DNA of 64,000 nt from Asterias rubens (Eukaryota). Where the stretch lies: NCBI RefSeq assembly GCF_902459465.1, contig NC_047062.1, forward strand, positions 248,001 through 312,000, given 5' to 3'. The notes beneath the pieces were generated by a model, which saw only the letters and a program-made list of their open reading frames with translations, ran no database searches and was not told where the DNA came from. Both the position numbers and the translations under genes were made by a program. Positions 1-13,200 of this stretch are shown here, in pieces. Each line of letters begins with the position of its first letter. Position 1 is the first letter of the stretch.

Positions 1-2513
1 GGCATCAATGACTGTACAAGTAAGACTTTATTTGGCTGGGTGCACCTCCTGTTAGTTCTTGGCATCAATGACTGCACTAGTAAGACTTTATTTGGCTGGG
101 TGCACGTCTTGTTAGTTCTTGGCGTCAATGACTGCACTAGTAAGACTTTATTTGGCTGGGTGCACCTCTTGTTAGTTCTTGGCATCAATGACTGCACTAG
201 CAAGACTTTATTTGGCTGGGTGCACCTCTTGTTAGTTCTTGGCATCAATGACTGTACTAGTAAGACTTTATTTGGCTGGGTGCACCTCTTGTTAGTTCTT
301 GGCGTCAATGACTGCACTAGTAAGACTTTATTTGGCTGGGTGCACGTCTTGTTAGGTCTTGGCATCAATGACTGTACTAGTAAGACTTTATTTGGCTGGG
401 TGCACCTCCTGTTAGTTCTTGGCATCAATGACTGCACTAGTAAGACTTTATTTGGCTGGGTGCACGTCTTGTTAGTTCTTGGCGTCAATGACTGCACTAG
501 TAAGACTTTATTTGGCTGGGTGCACCTCTTGTTAGTTCTTGGCATCAATGACTGCACTAGCAAGACTTTATTTGGCTGGGTGCACCTCTTGTTAGTTTAT
601 GGCATCAATGACTGTACTAGTAAGACTTTATTTGGCTGGGTGCACCTCTTGTTAGTTCATGGCATCAGTGACTGTACTAGTAAGAGTGTAATTGGCTGGG
701 TGCACCTCTTGTTAGTTCTTGGCATCAATGACTGCACTAGCAAGACTTTATTTGGCTGGGTGCACCTCTTGTTAGTTCTTGGCATCAATGACTGTACTAG
801 TAAGAGTGTAATTGGCTGGGTGCACCTCTTGTTATAGTTCTTGGCATCAATGACTGCACTAGCAAGACTTTATTTGGCTGGGTGCACCTCTTGTTAGTTC
901 TTGGCATCAATGACTGTACTAGTAAGACTTTATTTGGCTGGGTGCACCTCTTGTTAGTTCTTGGCATCAATGACTGTACTAGTAAGACTTTATTTGGCTG
1001 GGTGCACGTCTTGTTAGTTCTTGGCATCAATGACTGTACTAGTAAGACTTTATTTGGCTGGGTGCACGTCTTGTTAGTTCTTGGCATCAATGACTGTACT
1101 AGTAAGAGTGTTATTGGCTGGGTGCACCTCTTGTTAGTTCTTGGCATCAATGACTGTACTAGTAAGACTTTATTTGGCTGGGTGCACCTCTTGTTAGTTC
1201 TTGGCATCAATGACTGTACTAGTAAGACTTTATTTGGCTGGGTGCACGTCTTGTTAGTTCTTGGCATCAATGACTGTACTAGTAAGAGTGTAATTGGCTG
1301 GGTGCACCTCTTGTTAGTTCTTGGCATCAATGACTGTACTAGTAAGACTTTATTTGGCTGGGTGCACCTCTTGTTAGTTCTTGGCATCAATGACTGCACT
1401 AGTAAGACTTTATTTGGCTGGGTGCACCTCTTGTTAGTTCTTAGGCATCAATGACTGCACTAGTAAGACTGTATTTGGCTGGGTGCACCTCTTGTTAGTT
1501 CTTGGCATCAATGACTGCACTAGTAAGACTGTATTTGGCTGGGTGCACCTCTTGTTAGTTCGTGGCATCAATGACTGTACTAGTAAGACTTTATTTGGCT
1601 GGGTGCACCTCTTGTTAGTTCTTGGCATCAATGACTGCACTAGTAAGACTGTATTTGGCTGGGTGCACCTCTTGTTAGTTCATGGCATCAATGACTGTAC
1701 TAGTAAGACTTTATTTGGCTGGGTGCACCTCTTGTTAGTTCTTGGCATCAATGACTGTACTAGTAAGACTGTATTTGGCTGGGTGCACCTCTTGTTAGTT
1801 CTTGGCATCAATGACTGTACTAGTAAGACTTTATTTGGCTGGGTGCACCTCTTGTTAGTTCATGGCATCAATGACTGTACTAGTAAGACTTTATTTGGCT
1901 GGGTGCACCTCTTGTTAGTTCTTGGCATCAATGACTGTACTAGTAAGACTTTATTTGGCTGGGTGCACCTCTTGTTAGTTCTTGGCATCAATGACTGTAC
2001 TAGTAAGACTTTATTTGGCTGGGTGCACCTCTTGTTAGTTTTTGGCATCAATGACTGCACTAGTAAGACTTTATTTGGCTGGTTGCACCTCTTGTTAGTT
2101 CTTGGCATCAATGACTGTACTAGTAAGACTTTATTTGGCTGGGTGCACCTCTTGTTAGTTCTTGGCATCAATGACTGTACTAGTTAGAATTTATTTGGCT
2201 GGGTGCACCTCTTGTTAGTTCTTGGCATCAATGACTGTACTAGTAAGACTTTATTTGGCTGGGTGCACCTCTTGTTAGTTTTTGGCATCAATGACTGCAC
2301 TAGTAAGACTTTATTTGGCTGGGTGCACCTCTTGTTAGTTCTTGGCATCAATGACTGTACTAGTAAGACTTTATTTGGCTGGGTGCACCTCTTGTTAGTT
2401 CTTGGCATCAATGACTGTACTAGTAAGACTTTATTTGGCTGGGTGCACCTCTTGTTAGTTCTTGGCATCAATGACTGCACTAGCAAGACTTTATTTGGCT
2501 GGGTGCACCTCTT
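1..2513. repeat. 60-bp minisatellite, ~42 copies, running off the window start; lies in a neurexin intron
   Basis: The unit GGCATCAATGACTGTACTAGTAAGACTTTATTTGGCTGGGTGCACCTCTTGTTAGTTCTT repeats with few substitutions. A +2 indel (~834) and a +1 indel (~1443) shift the register. There are no spacers. Confidence 0.98.
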
Positions 2514-3071
2514 GGTATACAGATTGAACCCGTTGTGGGTTAGATTTCCTGGGAAGGACAAGCATTGTGCCAAGTGCTTTGCTTTCACATCACTTCACTG
2601 GTTTTGATTTAAATTCAACTTTGAATTGGTTGCATTTTATATTATATTCTTTGTTTGGTTTCCAAACCAATCTGGCCAGCTGCATAATCAAATGTAAGCT
2701 CAATAATTATAGGTTTGAAAGAGTTGTTAAGACTAATTCCAAATAAAGTCAATTCAATAAAGTCAATTCAATAAAAATCTATCTTTTTGAAAGTTTGTAT
2801 ATACTCAGCGCCAAAGTACTTTGCTTGGTAGTTAGGTGCGGTATAATAGAAGACTTCAATTTTTTTTATTATTATATTATTATTTTTTATTATTATAATT
2901 TTGAACTGACCGCTCAAGTCTAACCAAGTGTCAGTTTTGAATAAGTCATTTTTAAATTTATTAATAAAAGAATTTTACATCAGTATTTCTTGTTTACCTC
3001 CAAATAATAAAGCAAAGCTTCAAACATTTTTTCAATTGATAAATACTTTTTATTGTTTCAAACAATGCAAG

Positions 3072-3430
3072 GGAAACAAGCTCGTTACTTTGATGACCAA
3101 TCAGTTGTCAACATCGGAGGACGGAGCCCTATTCCAAGTCGGCGTAAGCGTCGAGTCATCACCCATCCTTTTGCTGGCATTATCTCTGGCTTGGCCTACA
3201 ATGATCTACGAATCATGGACATGGCGGCATCTGGTGATTCAAGAATCCACTTTGAGGGTGATGTTTCACTGGTATCTTCTAATACCATTTGGGACTTTGT
3301 AACAGAGCCCTTTCCTACCATAGCACTTACTACTGCTAATGTGACTCAGGAACCAGACCAGCCTGAAATTCCTGAACCTGAACCTTCACCACATGTTGGT
3401 GGAAATAAAACAATGACTAGACCAACAAAG
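3072..3430 (+). CDS. NRXN: Neurexin exon: end of LNS6 domain and start of the Thr/Pro-rich stalk
   Basis: AG acceptor at 3070-3071 (phase 1) and GT donor at 3431 (phase 0). GKQARYFDDQSVVNIGG...PFAGIISGLAYNDLRIMDMAASGDSRIHFEGDV matches the neurexin LNS6 pattern GRQLTIFNSQATIIIGG...[21 protein letters not shown]. Confidence 0.93.
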
Positions 3431-4002
3431 GTAGGAACTCATTTTAATGGTTTGGGGATTGGGAGGAAAGGGATTAGATACACTTGTTACGTTTATCAAC
3501 TCACAAATCAGCCACAATGATTCACAGGTACATGTACTTGTACTGCAAGATTACCCTAAACTGCCTACAGAACCACTTCTTTGTTACACATACTTAAAAT
3601 AATATTCCTTAGACTTGTCCTATTCCCTGTGGGAGAGGACAGCCTCAAGCTGCTTTATATGAGCACTCAGAGCAAGATATTAATCCAAATCAATACATCC
3701 AGTTTCTAGTTTTGCACTTGGATTAAGAAAAGCACTTTGCATCAAGATCATTAGCCAGAATAGGATTCAAACCTACATTTCTATAGCTCTGTCACACCAT
3801 ATCGGAGTCCAATATACTGTCTGCAGTCCGCAACACTACTTCAGGTGTAGGGAAATTACCCTAAAATACTTTAAAAGTTTCTTCACTTTGTGAATGCCAG
3901 TAACTAGATTTCGTTGACAATAATGTCATACCAAGGACCTCAGTTAAAAACTAACTCAAAATAACTTCTATTTTGTCATGGTTGATTTGTGTGAACCCTT
4001 AG

Positions 4003-4129
4003 ATGATAATGTCTACAGCTACTACTGATGGAGAGATAGACTTTGGTACTGATGCAGAAAACATCTTTGTAACTCAATCTGGATGTGGTACTGTTGATGA
4101 TGAAGATTGCCAACATGGTGGAGCTTCAG
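4003..4129 (+). CDS. NRXN: Neurexin exon: stalk with cysteine loop
   Basis: Acceptor CCCTTAG at 4002, donor GTAAAC at 4130. Phases 0 and 1 fit the flanking exons. It encodes MIMSTATTDGEIDFGTDAENIFVTQSGCGTVDDEDCQHGGAS, like the vertebrate [21 protein letters not shown]. Confidence 0.88.
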
Positions 4130-5027
4130 GTAAACAGGTTCTTAAATAACCAACTGACTTACTACTTCCAACACTTCCTGCCTTAGTCAATCAATTAACA
4201 TTTATTGAACTTAAAAGAAACAGTGTCAGTTGAGAAATGAGTCCTGTTCAAACGACACATTTTTGTATCTCTCAAAATCTCAATATTATGTCTACTTACT
4301 TTCTGAGAAATCAATTCTGAATCCTTGTGTCACATTAACATCTGATTTAACTGATTTATCATCATCTAACAATGACAGCATTGAGATAAATGTGGGTAAA
4401 GTTGAATTTACAAATTTCAAATAAAAGCAATTTTGTTTCTCAAACTCTTAACTTTTTTGTAAAGATCAAGCCCAAAAGTCATACTGTATCATTATACAAT
4501 TTCAATTTAAACATGGTGAACGATATGATTGGTTCTGTTTGCTGGAACACTATATATAGTATTGTCCAGTTTTGATGAATAGAATTTAATTCAAATAACA
4601 AACACAAGGGAATTTAGTTCCAAACAACACATTGTCCTAAACCATACTTTTATACTCTACACAGAGGAAGGAAATGTTATCATATGGTGTCACAGTAAAT
4701 TGAAACATGAACTGGAATGAAAATGTTACCATCGCTCAGAATTAACATGCCATTTTGTCGTTCTTCCTCCTCAAAACATGTATAGCGATCTTCATGCACT
4801 GGTTATTGTGTAGAGTGATCAGGCATTGTATTCAAAACACTCAAAAGAAACACATAATTAAATTGTAGCAAAGAATATCTAGTTTGTAATCCTTATACTT
4901 TGTGTTGTTTAAACATACTTCATATTTAAGAGACAGCTTTTCATTGCTGGTGTTTCTGCATTTTCTAATTTGCAATCTCTTTTTCTTTTTATGTAATTTC
5001 TTTTTGGTGTCCAGTCACTTCTAAAGG

Positions 5028-5274
5028 TAAAACTACTTTCTGCTTTTGTGTTTGCTTTATCTTTGAATCAATTCCACCACCTCCCGTCATAAAACTACTT
5101 TCTGCTTTTGTGTTTGCTTTATCTTTGAATCAATTCCACCACCTCCCGTCATAAAACTACTTTCTGCTTTTGTGTTTGCTTTATCTTTGAATCAATTCCA
5201 CCACCTCCCGTCATAAAACTACTTTCTGCTTTTGTGTTGCTTTATCTTTGAATCAATTCCACCACCTCCCGTCA
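5028..5274. repeat. 62-bp tandem repeat, 4 copies, intronic
   Basis: The unit TAAAACTACTTTCTGCTTTTGTGTTTGCTTTATCTTTGAATCAATTCCACCACCTCCCGTCA starts at 5028, 5090, 5152 and 5214. Confidence 0.95.
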
Positions 5275-6352
5275 TGTCATTTATTTCACACAGAAACACA
5301 CATTGTCAAGTTTGAATTTGAATAAAACAGTCTCAAATCCTACTTGAAAGTAGTTTTAGCAGACAACAGTATTTAACTTGAATGTGCTTAAAAGATAGGT
5401 AATTGTTTTATATATGTCAGTAGATTGAATCTAAGTTTACATCAATTCAATAAAAACTCAGTTAGAAAATTACAAAATTACTTAATCATTTCAAAGTGAT
5501 TAAGGGATGAAATATGTCAACAATGGGGAAGAAGGATTACTAAGTGTGAGCCAAATGAAAATACATAATTAAATGTTGATATAATTCAAATACTCCGGTG
5601 AAATGTTATTTTTGTACAGTTAGTTGAATGCATGGAAAATCATTTCTGCAAATCTGCACCTTTTATATCATTTTTGCACCTTCACAATTTGTCAACTTCA
5701 ATAAACATAAATAATCTTTTAATTCTGCAAGTTGGTTTTCCAATTCCCTTTTCAGCATGTCGAAACATCTGACTTATTTTTCACACATGTCTCTTTTTTA
5801 TTTTGTTTGAATATAAACCTTCAGCATTAACTCATATTTCCTTGGTTTGGTTCACACCCATCAATTCATTCCGTGAACAGTAAGGATAAGGTGTTGGTCT
5901 AAAGTTTAAGCCTTCAAGATTGTTAAGAAAAATACTTTAAAAAAACATAGCCTCTTGTTCCCACCAGTCTGGCCACAGCCATTATATAACCCATACCCAA
6001 ATGGGTTGGATCACCCCTTACCAACAGTGCCCCTTGTTCCACTATGCCCACAGTTCCCATGTACTATACCCAGAGTGTCATTGCCGATCACCCAATACCC
6101 AAGGTTTGCCCCGTACCCCATACTTAAACAGCATTCTTGTATGGCCCTGATACTGCTTGTTTCACCTATTTACCCAAAGTGACCCTTGTACGACCCCGAT
6201 ACTCAAAGTTTGCCCTGTACCCAAAGTGCCCTTGTACAACCCTATATCGAACGTTTGCCCTTAAATCGACCCATGTGCACCCAAGTATGACCCCTGATAC
6301 TCACAGTTTGCCCTGTCCCATAGTGTTCTTGTTTCACCTATTTACCCAAAGA

Positions 6353-9302
6353 GCCCTTATACCACCCCAAACCTAAACGACATTCTTGTACGACCCTGAT
6401 ATTCAAAGTTTGCCCTTATACCACCCCAAACCTAAATGACATTCTTGTACTACCCTGATATTTAAAGTTTGCCCTTATACCACCCCAAACCTAAACAGCA
6501 TTCTTGTACTACCCTGATATTTAAAGTTTGCCCTTATACCACCCCAAACCTAAACGGCATTCTTGTTCGACCCTGATATTTTAAGTTTGCCCTTATACCA
6601 CCCCAAACCTAAACAGCATTCTTGTACGACCCTGATATTCAAAGTTTGCCCTTATACCACCCCAAACCTAAACGACATTCTTGTACGACCCTGATATTCA
6701 AAGTTTGCCCTTATACCACCCCAAACCTAAACAGCATTCTTGTACTACCCTGATATTCAAAGTTTGCCCTTATACCACCCCAAACCTAAACGGCATTCTT
6801 GTTCGACCCTGATATTCAAAGTTTGCCCTATACCACCCCAAACCTAAACAACATTCTTGTACAACCCTGATATTTAAAGTTTGCCCTTATACCACCCCAA
6901 ACCTAGACGACATTCTTGGACGACTCTGATATTCAAAGTTTGCCCTTATACCACCCCAAACCTAAACGACATTCTTCTACAACCCTGATATTTAAAGTTT
7001 GCCCTTATACCACCCCAAACCTAAACGACATTCTTGTACGACCCTGATATTCAAAGTTTGCCCTTATACCACCCCAAACCTAAACGACATTCTTGTACGA
7101 CCCTGATATTTAAAGTTTGCCCTTATACCACCCCAAACCTAAACGACATTCTTGTACGACCCTGATATTTAAAGTTTGCCCTTATACCACCCCAAACCTA
7201 AACGACATTCTTGTACGACCCTGATATTTAAAGTTTGCCCTTATACCACCCCAAACCTAAACGACATTCTTGTACGACCCTGATATTCAAAGTTTGCCCT
7301 ATACCACCCCAAACCTAAACGGCATTCTGCTACAACCCTGATACTCAAAGTTTGCCCTTATACCACCCCAAACCTAAACGACATTCTTGTACGACCCTGA
7401 TATTCAAAGTTTGCCCTATACCACCCCAAACCTTAACGGCATTCTTGTTCGACCCTGATATTCAAAGTTTGCCCCATACCACCCCAAACCTAAACGGCAT
7501 TCTTGTTCGACCCTGATATTCAAAGTTTGCCCTTATACCACCCCAAACCTAAACGACATTCTTGTTCGACCCTGATATTCAAAGTTTGCCCTTATACCAC
7601 CCCAAACCTAAACGGCATTCTTGTACGATCCTGATATTTAAAGTTTGCCCTTATACCACCCCAAACCTAAACGACATTCTTGTTCAACCCTGATATTCAA
7701 AGTTTGCCCTTATACCACCCCAATCCTAAACGACATTCTTGTACGACCCTGATACTCAAAGTTTGCCCTTATACCACCCCAAACCTAAACGACATTCTTG
7801 TACGACCCTGATATTCAAAGTTTGCCCTTATACCACCCCAAACCTAAACGACATTATTGTACGACCCTGATATTCAAAGTTTGCCCTTATACCACCCCAA
7901 ACCTAAACGACATTCTTGTTCGACCCTGATATTCAAAGTTTGCCCTTATACCACCCCAAACCTAAACGACATTCTTGTACAACTCTGATATTTAAAGTTT
8001 GCCCTTATACCACCCCAAACCTAAACGACATTATTGTACGACCCTGATATTCAAAGTTTGCCCTTATAGCACCCCAAACCTAAAAGACATTCTTGTGTAA
8101 CCCTGATTTTCAAAGTATGCCCTTATACCACCCCAAACCTAAACGGCATTCTTGTTCGACCCTGATATTTAAAGTTTGCCCTTATACCACCCCAAACCTA
8201 AACGACATTATTGTCTCCCCTGATATTTAAAGTTTGTCCTTATACCACCCCAAACCTAAACAACATTCTTGTACAACCCTGATACTCAAAGTTTGCCCTT
8301 ATACCACCCCAAACCTAGACGACATTCTTGTTCGGCCCTGATACTCAAAGTTTGCCCTTATACCACCCCAAACCTAGACGACATTCTTGTACGACCCTGA
8401 TACTCAAAGTTTGCCCTTATACCACCCCAAATCTAAACAACATTCTTGTACAACCCTGATACTCAAAGTTTGCCCTTATACCACCCCAAACCTAGACGAC
8501 ATTCTTGTTCGGCCCTGATATTCAAAGTTTACCCTTATACCACCCCAAACCTAAACGACATTATTGTACGACCCTGATATTTAAAGTTTGCCCTTATACC
8601 ACCCCAAACCTAGACGACATTCTTGTTCGACCCTGATACTCAAAGTTTGCCCTTATACCACCCCAAACCTAAACAACATTCTTGTATGACCCTGATATTC
8701 AAAGTTTGCCCTTATACCACCCCAAACCTAAACGACATTATTGTACGACCCTGATATTCAAAGTTTGCCCCATACCACCCCAAACCTAAACGACATTATT
8801 GTATGACCCTGATATTCAAAGTTTGCCCTTATACCACCCCAAACCTAAACGACATTATTGTACGACCCTGATATTCAAAGTTTGCCCCATACCACCCCAA
8901 ACCTAAACGACATTATTGTATGACCCTGATATTCAAAGTTTGCCCTTATACCACCCCAAACCTAGACGACATTCTTGTATGACCCTGATATTCAAAGTTT
9001 ACCCTTATACCACCCCAAACCTAAACGACATTCTTGTACGACCCTGATATTTAAAGTTTGCCCTTATACCACCCCAAACCTAAACGACATTCTTGTTCGA
9101 CCCTGATATTCAAAGTTTGCCCTTATACCACCCCAAACCTAAACGACATTATTGTACGACCCTGATATTCAAAGTTTACCCTTATACCACCCCAAACCTA
9201 AACAGCATTCTTGTTCGACCCTGATATTTAAAGTATGCCCTTATACCACCCCAAACCTAAACAACATTATTGTACGACCCTGATATTCAACGTTTGCCCT
9301 TA
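6353..9302. repeat. 59-bp minisatellite, ~50 copies, in the last neurexin intron
   Basis: The unit GCCCTTATACCACCCCAAACCTAAACGACATTCTTGTACGACCCTGATATTCAAAGTTT repeats with point variants. Confidence 0.98.
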
Positions 9303-9608
9303 AGTTCAATCTATGTTCATTAGATTCCATTTGGTCAGTGACTGCCCAGACAGCTAGATTTCCCCTGACCTCTGGTGTATGATATAACTTAGTCTTCTGA
9401 GTGGCTGCCAAGGCTGCCTGCCCTCCTCATGTATAATAATTAGAACAACTTCTTTGCTCTTGACAAATAATTTTCTACTCTTAAATCCAAACCTACCAAT
9501 GTGACCCCGTTGGCTGTCTTCACATCAACCTTAGTCCATTTGAATTGCCAATGGTGCCCTCTTTGATGTAAAACTTCATTTGTCTTTCACATTTTTTGCA
9601 TTTTACAG

Positions 9609-10234
9609 GTGATGAAGCAATATTTACACCTGTTGATGAGCAAGATTCAACAACAGCACCGAGTATAACAACCCCTGCTTCTACTACAATCATTACTGGT
9701 GAACTCTTTACTACTACTCCTCCCAAGCCTGATGCCACTTCTATGCCTGAGTTTTCAGGTACATTGTGTGATGGAGTGGATGACCCAGGCTGTGTAAATG
9801 GAGATACAACTCAAAGCACCGCAACAGATTTCAACTTCACTGCAATCAAGAGTACACCAAACCCTCCAGCCCCTACACCAAAAATCACAAAGATGATGTC
9901 ATCATCACCACCCAAGGTTACAATTTTTGCACCCCCACCAGAGCAGAAGCAAGGTAAAGGTTTAGGTTTCCTGGGCCAGACATGGCTAGTCATTGGGCTT
10001 GTTGCTTCTGGTGCTCTTATTTTCCTCCTCCTTGTCATTATTTTATACAAATTTAGAAATAGAAATGAGGGTTCTTATCATATAAACGAGAGTCGTAACT
10101 ACAGTGTCAGTGATGCTACACGTACTGCATTACTTCCAACCCAGCAACAGCCAAACACGAATGGCACGGTGCCCACAAAACCAATTAAACCTAAACTGCC
10201 ACCAGAGTATGCAACCAAAGAATGGTATGTCTGA
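9609..10234 (+). CDS. NRXN: Neurexin terminal exon: mucin-like stalk, transmembrane helix, cytoplasmic tail with PDZ-binding motif
   Basis: Acceptor TTTTACAG at 9608 (phase 1). TM WLVIGLVASGALIFLLLVIILY is followed by KFRNRNEGSYHINESRNY and terminal KEWYV, which are diagnostic neurexin motifs. EWYV is the invertebrate-type end. Confidence 0.96.
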
Positions 10235-13200
10235 TTTCTTACTTAGCTGCTAATTAATATTGTTGATTTAAAGACTTTTTGATTTACCACTGTATGTTAA
10301 GTTTTGTTGAAAGAGACACCTGTTAACTAAAGAAATTGTCAATTTAGTTGAATGTTAACACTTATAAATCTAAGGCAACATCTTTCTAATCAGTAGGTTA
10401 AAAAATTAAATTGAAAAAGTTGTGTCTGTGTTACACAGCATTCTACAATAACTCACAGATACAATTTTAAGTGTCAAATGTGGCACAATATCAGAAAAGG
10501 TAAGATATTTTTCCTATTTTAATCTGATTTCTGATGCTTTTGTTTTGGATAATGGAGCTGTATGATTTGGTTTAAATTTGTGTGTTTTTTACCAGAGAGA
10601 TACAAGAGTATCATCTAATACCGAAATACCTTGTTATGTACATTGCTTATCACATGGTTCCTCTTTTCTGAGCAAATAATTTGTTTTATTAAAACAAGTT
10701 GACAAAATAGTTTGACTTAATGCTGTCTTCTTTGTTAGCTATTTTGCCAGTTTTCGGCAAGTGTTTCTGTTCCTCTTTTGTTCTATAAATTGTTTATTTA
10801 TATTCTTATCATTGGACACTTTAGGTATAAAATCATTCGCTAAAAGTATAAGTCTACAGTCATCCTTTTAAAACAATATTCTTCCCTTGCCCGTGTTTAA
10901 ACTATTCTGATTTACCTAAGGAGGAGTGTAGTTTTAGACATTGTGAAAAAATATGTTGGTTAATAGTTAAACAATAATATTAAGTATAAATATGTAGAGT
11001 TGACATGTTATTTGCCGGTTCAGTGTGAATTAAGTTTTATTTATTATACTTCAAAGTGATGTTGAGTGTATTTTGTAGAAAACAAAAAGACTTTCAAAAA
11101 TAATTATACAAAATAATGTATATATGACAGTTGGAGGAAGTTCAAATATTGTAAGGATGCTTAATATTTCAGCTGAATAAATGTCAGGTTACAACATAGA
11201 TATTTTATAATGAAAAAGCTATACGATTGGTTGAGTAATGTTAAGACAGAGATCAGCTGGTTGAGTAATATAAAGACAGAGATCAGCATAAGTGAAGTTA
11301 TGTAAACGGTTCATATTTCAGCATTGATTAGACGTCAGGTTTCTTCAATTCTTGGCTGGTGTTTACTTAACTTAAATCAATATTATAATAATATAGTTGT
11401 ATTTTAATACAAATTTAAAAACTGGGAAAACAATACTACTGTATGACTTAGTGTGCGTTCCAAAAAATCTAAAGAATATTTCGAACCCACCCCTCGAAAT
11501 AAAAACCCACAGTTGCTCAAGCCAATCCAGGAACAGTGCTGTTTTATGAAAATCATTGTTCACAATATTGACGAATAGACGTTCACCATTACGAACCCTC
11601 CAGGTGCACACAGCACGCGCGCTCTTACAGGTAGTGTTTCCTTAAAGGAACACGTTGCTTTGGATCGGACGAGTTGGTCTATAAAATGTATATGATTGGA
11701 AAGACGTTTTAAAATTAGAATATAATGATCCACACAGATTTGTTTCGGTTTTCCTCTTACTTGGCGAACTAACACGGTCGGCCATTTATGGGTGTCAAAA
11801 CATTTGACTCCCATAAATGGCCGACCGTGTTAGTCGACGAGTTAAAAGGAAAACCGTGCAATTTCGAGACATGTTTGTTTGGATCATTGTATTCTACTTT
11901 TACAACATCTTTCTAACCATATGCATTTTAAAACAAACGGTTACAAACGCTTTTCAAAGACCAAATCGACCGATCCAAGGCAATGTGGTCCTTAAACAGT
12001 CAGTGTTTGTACAGTCAGTTCGAGACAATTGCCACATCGTCGCCATCTTTGTCTAGTAACACAAGCTCTACACTTTTAAGCCAGTTCCCGTATTGCGTAT
12101 TTTTTAAACCTACAAATTGTTCAATATGTGGGCCAAACAAGGTACAACTAAAGTTATGGACAAGTCCATACAGTTTGGTTGTCTAATCTTCTCCAAGCTC
12201 ACGTTTTTAGAGCAATTAACGGTGCATAATGGTAAACGGTATGGAGGGCGCAAAGTTCGGTTTTACTTTGTACTTTTCCATAAATCATACATTCATAGTT
12301 TGATAAATTGATTATTTCCTAGCCTTTCCCTTTAAATATTGTTTCGTTGACCGAATGAGCAGTATGTTTAATACCTAACTCTCATTTGAACATTAATTAA
12401 TCTAAAAAAGAATCACAGTTAGATCCGCGATTTGACCTACAGTTCTTACTCAAGTATAAAGTACTAAGTATTTTGTCCTGTACCTAATCGGTGCTATTTT
12501 GTTAATAACTTGATTAAACGGTACATCATACCTTTTGAATTTGTTAAAAGATCTCATTCCCATGTCCACTTGTATTTCGCTACGCAGTCTGTATTAGCCC
12601 TCATAATGTATTTCCTTTGTATTGGGACTACCTTTTTACTTCTGTGGACGCCTTGTATTCCTGTACATTAAGTATCAAAATGGCGCCTAAACGTATATCA
12701 CTCATAGTGATAGAACTATTTGAGAACTATTCTAAAGTGAGTTTATTAATATATCAGCACTCTTTAACTGTTGAAAAATCATGTACCATAAGAAGTGTAG
12801 AGTAAATCGATCTATGCATTCCAATGTTTATCTTTAGATTTAGAAATATTGAAGAGAGTAGTAATAAAATTCAGTTATAATAATAGCCACAACAATCAAC
12901 TCTATAGATTAAATTATAACATAAATTATAAATGTGGAAAAGGTTTTGAAGGCTGGGACTAATAGAATGCTGCGCCTGAGTTTGAATATAATATATTTAC
13001 AACAAAAACATATTGTATTGTAAAAACAAATTAGACTGAAAATTAAAAATCCGATTTGCAAATGATGAAGGAAATTAAAAGCCGTATTCTCTTAGTAACA
13101 AAAAAATAGAATAATTGAATAATAATCAATAATTTACTCCATAAATAATTTGAAAACAATATCGTATTGTTGTTAATCTGTAAAAGAAATAGTGGTCATG

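Noticed and set aside
40-2607. Long ORFs (HLLLVLGINDCTSKTLFGWV)n and their antisense counterparts
   Set aside because: They are by-products of a 60-bp repeat. Frameshifting indels are tolerated and there is no unique flanking coding sequence.
1-9302. Tandem arrays as CRISPR
   Set aside because: There are no unique spacers, no cas genes, and the context is eukaryotic introns. The same applies to 28726-29190, 42402-43749 and the AAGTCGACTT arrays.
12675-12690. YY1-like CAAAATGGCG motif (similar ones at ~12045 and ~55226) as a promoter
   Set aside because: Short motifs are expected by chance and there is no transcript evidence.
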